This document shows, piece after piece, positions 54,405 to 62,790 of a DNA stretch of 64,000 nucleotides (the stretch's first letter is position 1; each line of letters begins with the position of its first letter). The notes under the pieces are model-generated. The model was given only the letters and a program-made list of their open reading frames with translations. It did no database searches and had not been told where the DNA came from. The position numbers and the translations under genes were made by a program. This stretch comes from Minisyncoccia bacterium (GTDB lineage: Bacteria; Patescibacteriota; Minisyncoccia; UBA6257; GWB1-50-10): positions 74,483 through 138,482 of the forward strand of contig JBEKVQ010000002.1 in assembly GCA_049997815.1 (NCBI GenBank), read 5' to 3'.

Positions 54405-55136
54405 ATGGTTTCGAAAATAATTCTTATCGGTCTCTTCATTACGTTCGGCCTCTACATTGCGCTTCAAGCCGTTAGTCCGAATTTGATCAACTCCGGCAGC
54501 CCTGGGGTTTCATCGTCAACTCCGGCAAAACTCAATGTGGCCAGTAGTACCGACGGAAGTAGCATTGATGGTCAGCCGTTGAAACCGACCTGGGATGCGA
54601 AGACATTTGATTGCGATTCACCGCCTAAAGCGGCCGGTGTTGCCGACCCACGGGAGATGGTTGCTCTCTCTTGCCCCGTTGGAGTAACGGGAGACGGCGT
54701 CGCTCTCCCGGAAGTCAGGGATGCGCTCTGTAAAGCTGGCGAAGCGGCCGCGCGCGAAGGATATGTGATCCGCGTGGCCTCAAGTTTCCGTTCATATGAG
54801 TCACAAGTTGCGCTGTGGTGCGGAAAGGAGGGGGACTGTTTTTCAAAATATCCGGATGTCAATGAACGCAGGGGGTACTGCGCGGTTCCCGGCTATTCCA
54901 GTCACGGATTGGGCCGAGCGATCGACGTAGTGCTTATGAAGGACGGCAGAGCGCTCTATAACATTGATTACGGAGAACAGTGTTCGATGGATAAAACCGT
55001 TATTGGGAAGATTGCTCAGCTCATGTACAGCGGGGGGTTTGTCCGCTATGAAGGTGAAATTTGGCACTTTGAAGTTGGGACTAATCTTGCTGCCCGCGGG
55101 AGGTACACAAGCTATCCGGCAAAATGCGGTAAGTAG
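54405..55136 (+). CDS. M15-family peptidase, VanY-like D-Ala-D-Ala carboxypeptidase, membrane-anchored
   Basis: YSSHGLGRAIDVVL (SxHxxGxAxD), EIWHFE. Confidence 0.75.
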   Translation: MVSKIILIGLFITFGLYIALQAVSPNLINSGSPGVSSSTPAKLNVASSTDGSSIDGQPLKPTWDAKTFDCDSPPKAAGVADPREMVALSCPVGVTGDGVALPEVRDALCKAGEAAAREGYVIRVASSFRSYESQVALWCGKEGDCFSKYPDVNERRGYCAVPGYSSHGLGRAIDVVLMKDGRALYNIDYGEQCSMDKTVIGKIAQLMYSGGFVRYEGEIWHFEVGTNLAARGRYTSYPAKCGK

Positions 55137-55258
55137 GGATTCCGGAGCGGGAAAATATCTCAGCGAGATTTTTAGCGTTCGTGTGAATTGTAGCGCGCCG
55201 CTAAATTGCCTTTCCCGCTACACGTTCATATAATGGTATGAATAGAAAACGCTAAAAG

Positions 55259-56005
55259 ATGAGAACGCTCGCAATTATAGCTCTTCGGGATGAAGAACGT
55301 TACGCGCCCGGTTATTTCGATCATCTTAGGAGGTTTGTGGATGGGTTTGCTGTTGTGGATGACGGTTCGCTGGATAAAACCCCGCTCATTATACGGCAGG
55401 AGCCGAAATTGAAGTTTAGTTTCAGACGGGATGTTCGCGAGCCCGACCATTTTTTTGAGGTTGATAACAGGGAAATACTAATGAATGCCGCTAAGGACTT
55501 GAATGCGGAGTGGGTGCTTTGTTGCGATACCGATGAGCGTTATGAAACACCTTTTTTGGAAAAAATAAATTCCGTTCAGGACGAAGCCGACAAGATTGGC
55601 AAACCAGTCGTGGGATTTCGCGTACTTAGTTTGCGTGAGAGCCTGAAAACCTACTATGCGGTCGAACAAAGCAGAATATTGACGAAATTCCTAATGTTTA
55701 GAGTTCCAAATGAGATTTCGTACGCGGATCGTCCAAGGCGCGCACTGCATACTCCATGGTTGCCGGCCGGGTTGCGAGATCAACATCTCCTATGGTCGAC
55801 CGAATACCGAGTGTATCACTTTTGCTCGCTCCGCGCCGAGGATAGGCGAAGGCGATACGAGAAGTTCAAGCGTATCGACCCCGACAATAAATGGCAGCCC
55901 ATTGGTTACGATCACCTGATTCAGGAAGATGGAGTGAGGCTGAAAGAAATAGAGCCGGGCCGGGAGTTTGATCTCCATTCGGTGCCGCCCGACCTGCTTA
56001 CTTGA
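55259..56005 (+). CDS. Glycosyltransferase family 2-like protein
   Basis: LAIIALRDEERYAPGYFDHLRRFVDGFAVVDDGSLDKT; CCDTDERY (DxD). Confidence 0.45.
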   Translation: MRTLAIIALRDEERYAPGYFDHLRRFVDGFAVVDDGSLDKTPLIIRQEPKLKFSFRRDVREPDHFFEVDNREILMNAAKDLNAEWVLCCDTDERYETPFLEKINSVQDEADKIGKPVVGFRVLSLRESLKTYYAVEQSRILTKFLMFRVPNEISYADRPRRALHTPWLPAGLRDQHLLWSTEYRVYHFCSLRAEDRRRRYEKFKRIDPDNKWQPIGYDHLIQEDGVRLKEIEPGREFDLHSVPPDLLT

Positions 56006-57080
56006 TGACGGGAAAGTTTATCGTTTCCTCCAGATACTTTTCCAGTTCCTCGGCCGCCAGCTTGTTTCCGGCGATATTCCAATGGATGTCGTTGGGTTTA
56101 TAGAGCTTGAGCCCCCGGTCGTGGGCTTCCTGGAACGGTTTATAAAGGTCCAGGAACGGTACATTATTTTCCCGGAACCATTCAGCGAGCGCAGTGTTAG
56201 GATATGAGAAGTCGTACTCCCCGCTGTATTTGTCGTCGTTTACATTGGCTTTTTGGATTTCCTCTCGAAGCGCCGGGTCTATCTGCATTTGCTCCGGTAT
56301 GACGACGAAAGCGATTTTAGCGCCGTTCTTTTCGCTCAATGTCTTCAGTGCACCAAGTTGGGCCATAACTTTCCCTCGGATATCTTCAAAAACGGGGTAG
56401 GTTTTTCTGGCGCCGGCCAGTATGAATACGTAGGATTCTCCTTCCTCTACTTTTATGAATGCATTCTGATTGAAAGCTGGTCGGTTGTCGTCATAAACAT
56501 CGGCACTGAAGTCAGTTCCCTGGTAAAGGGAAGGACGGATGAAAAAGACATAGCGCAGAAGAGAGGCGACGTAGGAATATTCTTCCGGCTTATCTTCTTT
56601 ATTTGTGGTGAGGGTAGTGAAGTCATTGCCCATGAAGAAGGAAACCAAAACGAGGTCGGGGTTCAATTGAAGCCCCTCATTCGCCAGGACCGATACGTAA
56701 TCCTGCGGGCCGGTCTGGGGTATTCCCATGTTCAGCACCTCAACGTTGTAGCCCTTATCCTGGAGTTGTTTCTCCACAAGCTTCAGATAATTGTTCTCGC
56801 GGGGCACTACTCCGAAGGCAAAGGAGTCGCCCAGGGCAACGATACGGAATACACCCTTTTTCTTTGGCTGGAATTCCGCGTCGTTGAATCCCCGCGAGTT
56901 CAGCTTGGAGCCGTAAAGCTCGGAAAAGGGTTTTCCCCGGAAGCGGTTGTAGGATTGGTCGTAGAAGATGAAGGAAGGCGAGTATGAATTATAGACCCGA
57001 AGCAAAACCTCGGAGAGACCAAGACCGATGGCTATCATAAGCACCGCGCCGAGAAATCTCGTCAGGTATTTTCGTTCCAT
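55998..57080 (-). CDS. SGNH/GDSL-family hydrolase or acyltransferase, membrane-anchored
   Basis: FRIVALGDSFAFG (GDS block), NDIHWN (catalytic His block). Confidence 0.65.
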   Translation of the reverse strand: MERKYLTRFLGAVLMIAIGLGLSEVLLRVYNSYSPSFIFYDQSYNRFRGKPFSELYGSKLNSRGFNDAEFQPKKKGVFRIVALGDSFAFGVVPRENNYLKLVEKQLQDKGYNVEVLNMGIPQTGPQDYVSVLANEGLQLNPDLVLVSFFMGNDFTTLTTNKEDKPEEYSYVASLLRYVFFIRPSLYQGTDFSADVYDDNRPAFNQNAFIKVEEGESYVFILAGARKTYPVFEDIRGKVMAQLGALKTLSEKNGAKIAFVVIPEQMQIDPALREEIQKANVNDDKYSGEYDFSYPNTALAEWFRENNVPFLDLYKPFQEAHDRGLKLYKPNDIHWNIAGNKLAAEELEKYLEETINFPVIK

Positions 57081-57081
57081 A

Positions 57082-58200
57082 TCAACTGAATATTATACCT
57101 TCCATTTGTCTGGCGCTCTCGTCCCAATCGTGCGTTCTCGCCCACGCTCGGCATGCTCTTTCCTTTTCGCTGAGCTTTTTAATACTGAGCCACTCGGTGA
57201 TTGCCGCCGCGAAGCGGGAAGTGTCGTAACAATCGACTAGGAGACCGGTTTCTCCGTTCTTTACGGATTCCTTAAGTCCCGGAACGTCGTTTGCGATAAT
57301 GAAGGTCCCGGTCGCATTCGCTTCCAGGACGGTAATGCTATACCCCTCTATTCTTGACGGAGCCACGAAAAGCCAGGCTGTCTTTAGAAGCTCCCGCTTT
57401 TGCTCTTCCGATACGAAGCCCGGAAACGATATTTCCCTGGGCGAATATTCACGGCGGTAGCATTTTAAAATGCTCCGAGTGCGGTTACTCCCGAACGAGA
57501 ATTCTCGCCCCGCTATGACATATTGAACATCTCCGATTGCGCGTTTTACGAGCGGGTAGGTTTTCAAAAGAAGGTCGGTGCCTTTTCTTCCCTCAAGGCG
57601 TCCCAGAAAAAGGACCGTCGGCCGGCGGGCGTACTCTTTATTTATGTTTAGAAGATTTTTATCAATTCCGTTCAGGACCTTATAGACGTTGGAAAATCCG
57701 TTGCCCAGTAACTCCTCGCGCATCCATTCGCTCACCACCACCACGGTTTCTTTTTTATAGAGCACACGGAAGAACGCCTCTGCAATGACTGAAATTAGGG
57801 CGAAAAACGGCCTTTGGGAAGAAAAAGCATGTACCCCGTTGAAGTTATGGATCATCACCGCCTTATTTTGTTTTGGATAGAAGAGGGGTGTGAAAAGGGG
57901 TATGACGCTCACGTCTTCAAAGAGAACGTCTGGCTTGAGCGTTTGCAGGTATCCTTTGAGCACAAGTGGCAGAAGCAGATGGATTCGGATGACGTTTTCC
58001 GAACGGGGACTTCCGATTCGGATGATATTGATGTTCCGATAAATTTCCTCTCTTTGCGCTCCCGGAAACATCGCCGCGAGAAGAAAAACCCGATTGTGCG
58101 CACCGATGCGCGAGAATATTTCGGCGAGGTTTTTTTCGGCGCCACCCGCCTTCGGGTGGAGGGGACAGAATTTATTTATGATGAGTATCGTTTTTGCCAT
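57082..58200 (-). CDS. Glycosyltransferase family 4
   Basis: EGYSITVLEANATGTFIIANDVPGLKESVKNGETGLLV. Confidence 0.85.
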   Translation of the reverse strand: MAKTILIINKFCPLHPKAGGAEKNLAEIFSRIGAHNRVFLLAAMFPGAQREEIYRNINIIRIGSPRSENVIRIHLLLPLVLKGYLQTLKPDVLFEDVSVIPLFTPLFYPKQNKAVMIHNFNGVHAFSSQRPFFALISVIAEAFFRVLYKKETVVVVSEWMREELLGNGFSNVYKVLNGIDKNLLNINKEYARRPTVLFLGRLEGRKGTDLLLKTYPLVKRAIGDVQYVIAGREFSFGSNRTRSILKCYRREYSPREISFPGFVSEEQKRELLKTAWLFVAPSRIEGYSITVLEANATGTFIIANDVPGLKESVKNGETGLLVDCYDTSRFAAAITEWLSIKKLSEKERACRAWARTHDWDESARQMEGIIFS

Positions 58201-58247
58201 TCTTGTCCGATATCCAAATTATCGCATTTTTAAGATACAATGTGCAT

Positions 58248-59492
58248 GTGGATGAGGTTTACGGTAAACTGAAAAAATTATCGCTCGGCCTAGGCCGAAT
58301 TATTTTGGGAATTGTCGCGGTGCTTCTTATCGGAGAGGTCGTCTCAATATTGCTTTTTACCGTAAAGGATGGGAAATTCATTCCCGCGAAGGAAAGATTC
58401 CTTTCTCGGGCTGACGCTTACGTTCAGGAACTCAATGGCTTGACCAACGATAATTGCACTGCCGACGAGATGTACGCGCCCCATCCTTATCTCGGATATG
58501 TTTTGAAAACCATTGGCCGTTGCAGTGTTCCCACCGCGAACAGTAGCGGTCTTTTCGGAGATAATCCGCCGCTTGAAAAATCCAAGGATAAGTTCACCGT
58601 TCTTTTGAGCGGCGGCTCCGTCGCGACCGAGTTCGGACAAATGAGTCCGGGCGGGCCGAAGTATCTGGAAGAAGCCCTGAATGCCAAGTACATTAGTCCC
58701 AACGGCAAGCCGTTTTTGGTCTTGAATGGGGCTATCGGGGGATGGAAAGAACCGGACCAATTCATATTGTTTTCTCTTTATGCGAACGTCCTTGATGCCG
58801 TGGTTACTTTGGATGGCTACAATGAATCCGGAGTGATAATGGTAGACCATCGGTTCGAATTTCCGCCGCCGTATTACTTCTCGGCCAATCCTCAGGGTTT
58901 AGCGGGGGGCGGATATGCTCCGGCCCTTGTGAGCTGGATAGCCGACAGCATATACTCGGCACTCTTAAAGAACGGCCTGACCTCCAATTCCCATTTGGCG
59001 TATCTTTTGGGTACTACGGCGGAACATGTCGCGAAATACTACGGTGCCGGAAACCCGGGGGGCGAAAACCTAGTCGATTCGGTAATGAAGTTGCCCTCGG
59101 ATTGGAGTCCCGACAAGCGCTTCGATTGGCAGATGAACCAATATAAGAGCTATATTAGAATGATGAATTACATCGCGGAACGCATGGGCATAAAGACCGC
59201 GAATTTCATCCAGCCGATGCCCCTTATCGACAAGCCGCTTACCGAGGAAGAAAAGTTGAATAGCGACGAGAATGAGAATCAGCTCTTAAAACAAAATTAC
59301 GCGAGGATGACGGATGATCTCATGAGCTTGCGCAATGAGAATATGCCGATTTTCAGCTTGCTTGATATATTCGCGAATGATAAGGAAACCATTTATCGGG
59401 ACCATATCCATCTGAACGATGAAGGTTACCGGATTATGGCCGATGTGATGGCGAAGGATATCGGTGAGGTTTGGGGGTTGAAAACGAAATAA
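58248..59492 (+). CDS. SGNH-like hydrolase/acyltransferase family protein, membrane-anchored
   Basis: RDHIHLNDEGYRIMADVM (DxxH block); start set at GTG 58248 because ATG 58194 would overlap the divergent GT4 start. Confidence 0.5.
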   Translation: MDEVYGKLKKLSLGLGRIILGIVAVLLIGEVVSILLFTVKDGKFIPAKERFLSRADAYVQELNGLTNDNCTADEMYAPHPYLGYVLKTIGRCSVPTANSSGLFGDNPPLEKSKDKFTVLLSGGSVATEFGQMSPGGPKYLEEALNAKYISPNGKPFLVLNGAIGGWKEPDQFILFSLYANVLDAVVTLDGYNESGVIMVDHRFEFPPPYYFSANPQGLAGGGYAPALVSWIADSIYSALLKNGLTSNSHLAYLLGTTAEHVAKYYGAGNPGGENLVDSVMKLPSDWSPDKRFDWQMNQYKSYIRMMNYIAERMGIKTANFIQPMPLIDKPLTEEEKLNSDENENQLLKQNYARMTDDLMSLRNENMPIFSLLDIFANDKETIYRDHIHLNDEGYRIMADVMAKDIGEVWGLKTK

Positions 59493-59503
59493 CATAGAAA
59501 TTC

Positions 59504-59689
59504 ATGTTCAAGGATTTTTTCAAAAGTACTTCAACATATACGAGAACCATTGCCAATCTCTTCCGTTTCCTTTGGAACAAGCGGCTTTGGTTCCTTATTC
59601 CTCTTGTCATCGTACTCGTGATATTCGGGCTTTTCATATTTTTGGGTCAGACCACGCCTCTCGGTCCTTTTATCTACACTATTTTTTAG
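59504..59689 (+). CDS. Small membrane protein (DUF5989-like) preceding carbamoyltransferase
   Basis: 61 aa, WFLIPLVIVLVIFGLFIFLG; conserved position upstream of carbamoyltransferases. Confidence 0.55.
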   Translation: MFKDFFKSTSTYTRTIANLFRFLWNKRLWFLIPLVIVLVIFGLFIFLGQTTPLGPFIYTIF

Positions 59690-59899
59690 ATGCTAGGCCG
59701 CCTCTCAAGGGGATTGAAGAAATTCGGCGATTTCATCTCCACCTTTATCTTGGTGATTTTTTATTTCACGCTCTTCGCCGTCTTCGCCGTTTGCGTAAGG
59801 TTATTCTCGGATTTTTTGGGAAAGAGGCCCAAGAGTTCGAATTTCATCGGAGTTCGGTCCCGCTTCGAGGATTTGGAAAGTTTCAGACATGAGGGATAA
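59690..59899 (+). CDS. SxtJ-like small membrane protein
   Basis: 69 aa, FISTFILVIFYFTLFAVFAVCV; ATG abuts upstream stop. Confidence 0.5.
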   Translation: MLGRLSRGLKKFGDFISTFILVIFYFTLFAVFAVCVRLFSDFLGKRPKSSNFIGVRSRFEDLESFRHEG

Positions 59900-61688
59900 A
59901 AGCGTGAAAATTCTGGGGCTTTCGTTCTTCTACCATGATGCGGCGGCGGCGCTCTTGATTGATGGCGTGCCGGTGGCGATGGCGGAGGAAGAAAGATTTT
60001 CGAGAAAGAAACATGATTCCGGATATCCCGAGAAAGCGATTGATTTCGTCTTGTCCCGGGCGGGCGTTTCCCCCGAAGAACTGGATTACGTGGTCTTCTA
60101 CGAAAAACCCTTCGTAAAACTTGAACGGGTTTTAAAGACGCTTATCGCCACCTGGCCCTGGACGCCCATCGTTTTTGCCCAGTCCGTGAAGAGCTGGTTC
60201 ATCGATAAGTTGTGGATAAGGAACATTATCGCGCGCGGACTGAAAATCGAATCAGGGAAGATTCTTTTCTCCGATCATCATCTTTCCCATGCCGCTTCGG
60301 CATTTTTCTCTTCCCCCTATGAAGAGGCGGCGATTTTGACGATTGATGGAGTAGGCGAGTGGGCCACGATGTCTCTGGGCGTTGGCCGGGGCAATAAGAT
60401 AGATATCCTCAAAGAAATAAACTTCCCCCATTCGCTCGGCCTCCTTTATTCCGCATTCACGGCATTTCTGGGGTTTGAGGTTAACGAAGGCGAATATAAG
60501 GTGATGGGAATGGCTCCTTACGGGAAGCCCCGGTACGCCGACGAAGTGCGTAAAACGGTGAATGTTCATCCGGACGGTTCATTCGAATTGAATTTGGATT
60601 ACTTCGATTTCTATCGCTCGGAGAAGCGCTCTTTCTCCGACAAGTTCGTAAAGCTTTTCGGAAAGCCCCGCGACCCCAAATCGAAGTTCTTCACGCGGGA
60701 GTCCGGCTGGCTTACGTACTTTGGGGAGAGGCCGGATAATTGGGAAGCGCTGGCCGAAGAACAGGAACGCTATGCCGATATCGCCGCCTCCGTTCAGAAG
60801 GTGACTGAAGATATTATTATCGGCCTTTCGGATACAGCTTGCCGGGAGACCGGATTGGACAAGCTTTGCTACGCCGGCGGCGTTGCTCTAAATTCGGTGG
60901 CGAATTGGAAGATCGTTCAAAATACTTCTTTCAAAGAAATTTTTATCCAGCCGGCGGGCGGAGATGCCGGCGGGGCGCTGGGCGCAGCTCTCTATGTTCA
61001 CTATGCGCTTCTCCATACTGGAGAAAAAAGGAATTTCATGTTGAACCATGCTTTCTATGGCGCCGAGTACGGGGAAAATGAGATAAGAGGTTTCTTAGAT
61101 AAAAAAGGTGTCGCTTATTCCCATTTCGACAAGGAAGAAGAATTGCTCACGCACGCCGTCTCCGCCTTGACGCGAGGGAAGGTGATGGGTTGGTTTCAGG
61201 GAAGATTTGAGTGGGGTCCCCGAGCGCTGGGTGCGCGCTCAATTTTAGCCGACCCGCGCAATGCCGAGATGAAGAATATTGTGAACGTGAAGATAAAATT
61301 CCGCGAACCTTACCGTCCTTTTGCACCCTCGGTCTTGGCGGAAGATGCCGAAGATCTATTTGAATTCCCCGATGCTCTGCACCACTTACCCGGACGGTTC
61401 ATGCTTTATGTGGTTCCAGTTAAAAAAGACCGCCGGAAAGAAGTTCCGGCCATTACTCACGTTGACGGAACCGCCCGGCCTCAACTGGTCTTTAAAGAGA
61501 CGAGCGAGCGGTACTATCGATTGATTAAAAAGTTCAAGGAAGTTACCGGCGTCCCGATGGTCCTTAACACCTCTTTTAATCTGAAAGGGGAGCCGATCGT
61601 GAATACTCCCGAAGATGCCTTGGCGACATTTGAAAGAAGCGGGCTGGATGTCCTGGTTCTGGGGAACTTCGTGGTTACGAAGAATTGA
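59889..61688 (+). CDS. Carbamoyltransferase (NodU/CmcH family)
   Basis: KILGLSFFYHDAAAALLIDGVPVAMAEEERFSRKKHDSGYP; 599 aa. Confidence 0.85.
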   Translation: MRDKSVKILGLSFFYHDAAAALLIDGVPVAMAEEERFSRKKHDSGYPEKAIDFVLSRAGVSPEELDYVVFYEKPFVKLERVLKTLIATWPWTPIVFAQSVKSWFIDKLWIRNIIARGLKIESGKILFSDHHLSHAASAFFSSPYEEAAILTIDGVGEWATMSLGVGRGNKIDILKEINFPHSLGLLYSAFTAFLGFEVNEGEYKVMGMAPYGKPRYADEVRKTVNVHPDGSFELNLDYFDFYRSEKRSFSDKFVKLFGKPRDPKSKFFTRESGWLTYFGERPDNWEALAEEQERYADIAASVQKVTEDIIIGLSDTACRETGLDKLCYAGGVALNSVANWKIVQNTSFKEIFIQPAGGDAGGALGAALYVHYALLHTGEKRNFMLNHAFYGAEYGENEIRGFLDKKGVAYSHFDKEEELLTHAVSALTRGKVMGWFQGRFEWGPRALGARSILADPRNAEMKNIVNVKIKFREPYRPFAPSVLAEDAEDLFEFPDALHHLPGRFMLYVVPVKKDRRKEVPAITHVDGTARPQLVFKETSERYYRLIKKFKEVTGVPMVLNTSFNLKGEPIVNTPEDALATFERSGLDVLVLGNFVVTKN

Positions 61689-61696
61689 TACCCCGG

Positions 61697-62761
61697 TTAT
61701 TTTATGGATAGCGTTGAGAGAACGATGGAGTTCGAGATGGTCTCTAGGCCGATGATGGTTGAAACGAGCATCGGGTCGAAAAGGGAGGAGTCCGCTCCGG
61801 CTATCTTCATTATTACGGGTACGCCGATTAGGAGAGACCCCAGTGTAAGGGCGGACGAGAGGCGGAATCGGGCGTAAAACTTTCTCAAGGATTCGTTGGT
61901 CTCATTAAATCGCGTCATCAGATAGGTTTTTGCGAAAAGCCCAAGGAAGAGTATCTGAACCCCGAAAATGGGGAGAAGGATTCTGACCGTGGCGGTCGCA
62001 AAGATGGGACTGATCCCTTCGCCGGTTGCGAGTCCGAAGATTCCCAAAAGCAGGAGAATGCCACCCACGGCCAAATAGGCCGATATCGGCGTCTGGATGA
62101 GTATGTACTTGACGTGGGAGAAGCCGTCCCGGTAGGGCCTTAACTTAGAGGCGCCTTTTCTCCTGAAATAATTGATGGGCATCTCTTTAATTACAAGATT
62201 CCTTTTCTTCGCTTTTATGAGCATTTCCGTCGCGAATTCCATCCCGGCGGTTTTAAGTTCAAGCTCGTCGAAGGTTTTCCGGCGGAGGACCCGGAAGCCG
62301 GATTGGCTGTCGGACATTTTGATTCCGAAGAATAAAAGAAGTAAGGCATTGATTATCGGAGTACCGATGAAGCGGTGCGAGAAGGGCATTGCTCCTTTCT
62401 CGATATTCCCCATCTTCCGGCTTCCAATGACAATGTCGGCATCGTGAAGCGCGCGGACAAGATTCGGAATTTCGGCGAAGCGGTATGTCCCATCCCCGTC
62501 TGCGTACGCCAGAATTTCGCCGTGCGAATTCTCGACGCCTTCCCGGATAGCCACCCCGTAGCCCTCCTGGTCGTGTTTCGCGACCGCCGCCCCCATGTCC
62601 TCGGCAATGCGGCGGGAACCGTCTTTTGAAGAATCCGAAACGATTATTTCACCGTCAATGTTTTCTTTCGCCAGCACTTCCTTGATCTCTCGGATGCATT
62701 CCCCGATGGCTTCCTTTTCGTCCCGGCACGGCACGATGACGGAGATTTTTATGCCTTTCAT
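61697..62761 (-). CDS. Polyprenol-phosphate glycosyltransferase, GT2 (DPM1/ArnC-like) with C-terminal TM helices
   Basis: ISVIVPCRDEKEAI; AYADGDGTY (DxD); C-terminal hydrophobic segments. Confidence 0.8.
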   Translation of the reverse strand: MKGIKISVIVPCRDEKEAIGECIREIKEVLAKENIDGEIIVSDSSKDGSRRIAEDMGAAVAKHDQEGYGVAIREGVENSHGEILAYADGDGTYRFAEIPNLVRALHDADIVIGSRKMGNIEKGAMPFSHRFIGTPIINALLLLFFGIKMSDSQSGFRVLRRKTFDELELKTAGMEFATEMLIKAKKRNLVIKEMPINYFRRKGASKLRPYRDGFSHVKYILIQTPISAYLAVGGILLLLGIFGLATGEGISPIFATATVRILLPIFGVQILFLGLFAKTYLMTRFNETNESLRKFYARFRLSSALTLGSLLIGVPVIMKIAGADSSLFDPMLVSTIIGLETISNSIVLSTLSIK

Positions 62762-62772
62762 CCGTATTAGCT

Positions 62773-62778
62773 TATAAT
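62773..62778 (+). promoter_or_regulatory. -10 box TATAAT 12 nt upstream of ATG 62791
   Basis: cttataatagaaatatcctcATG. Confidence 0.4.
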
Positions 62779-62790
62779 AGAAATATCCTC

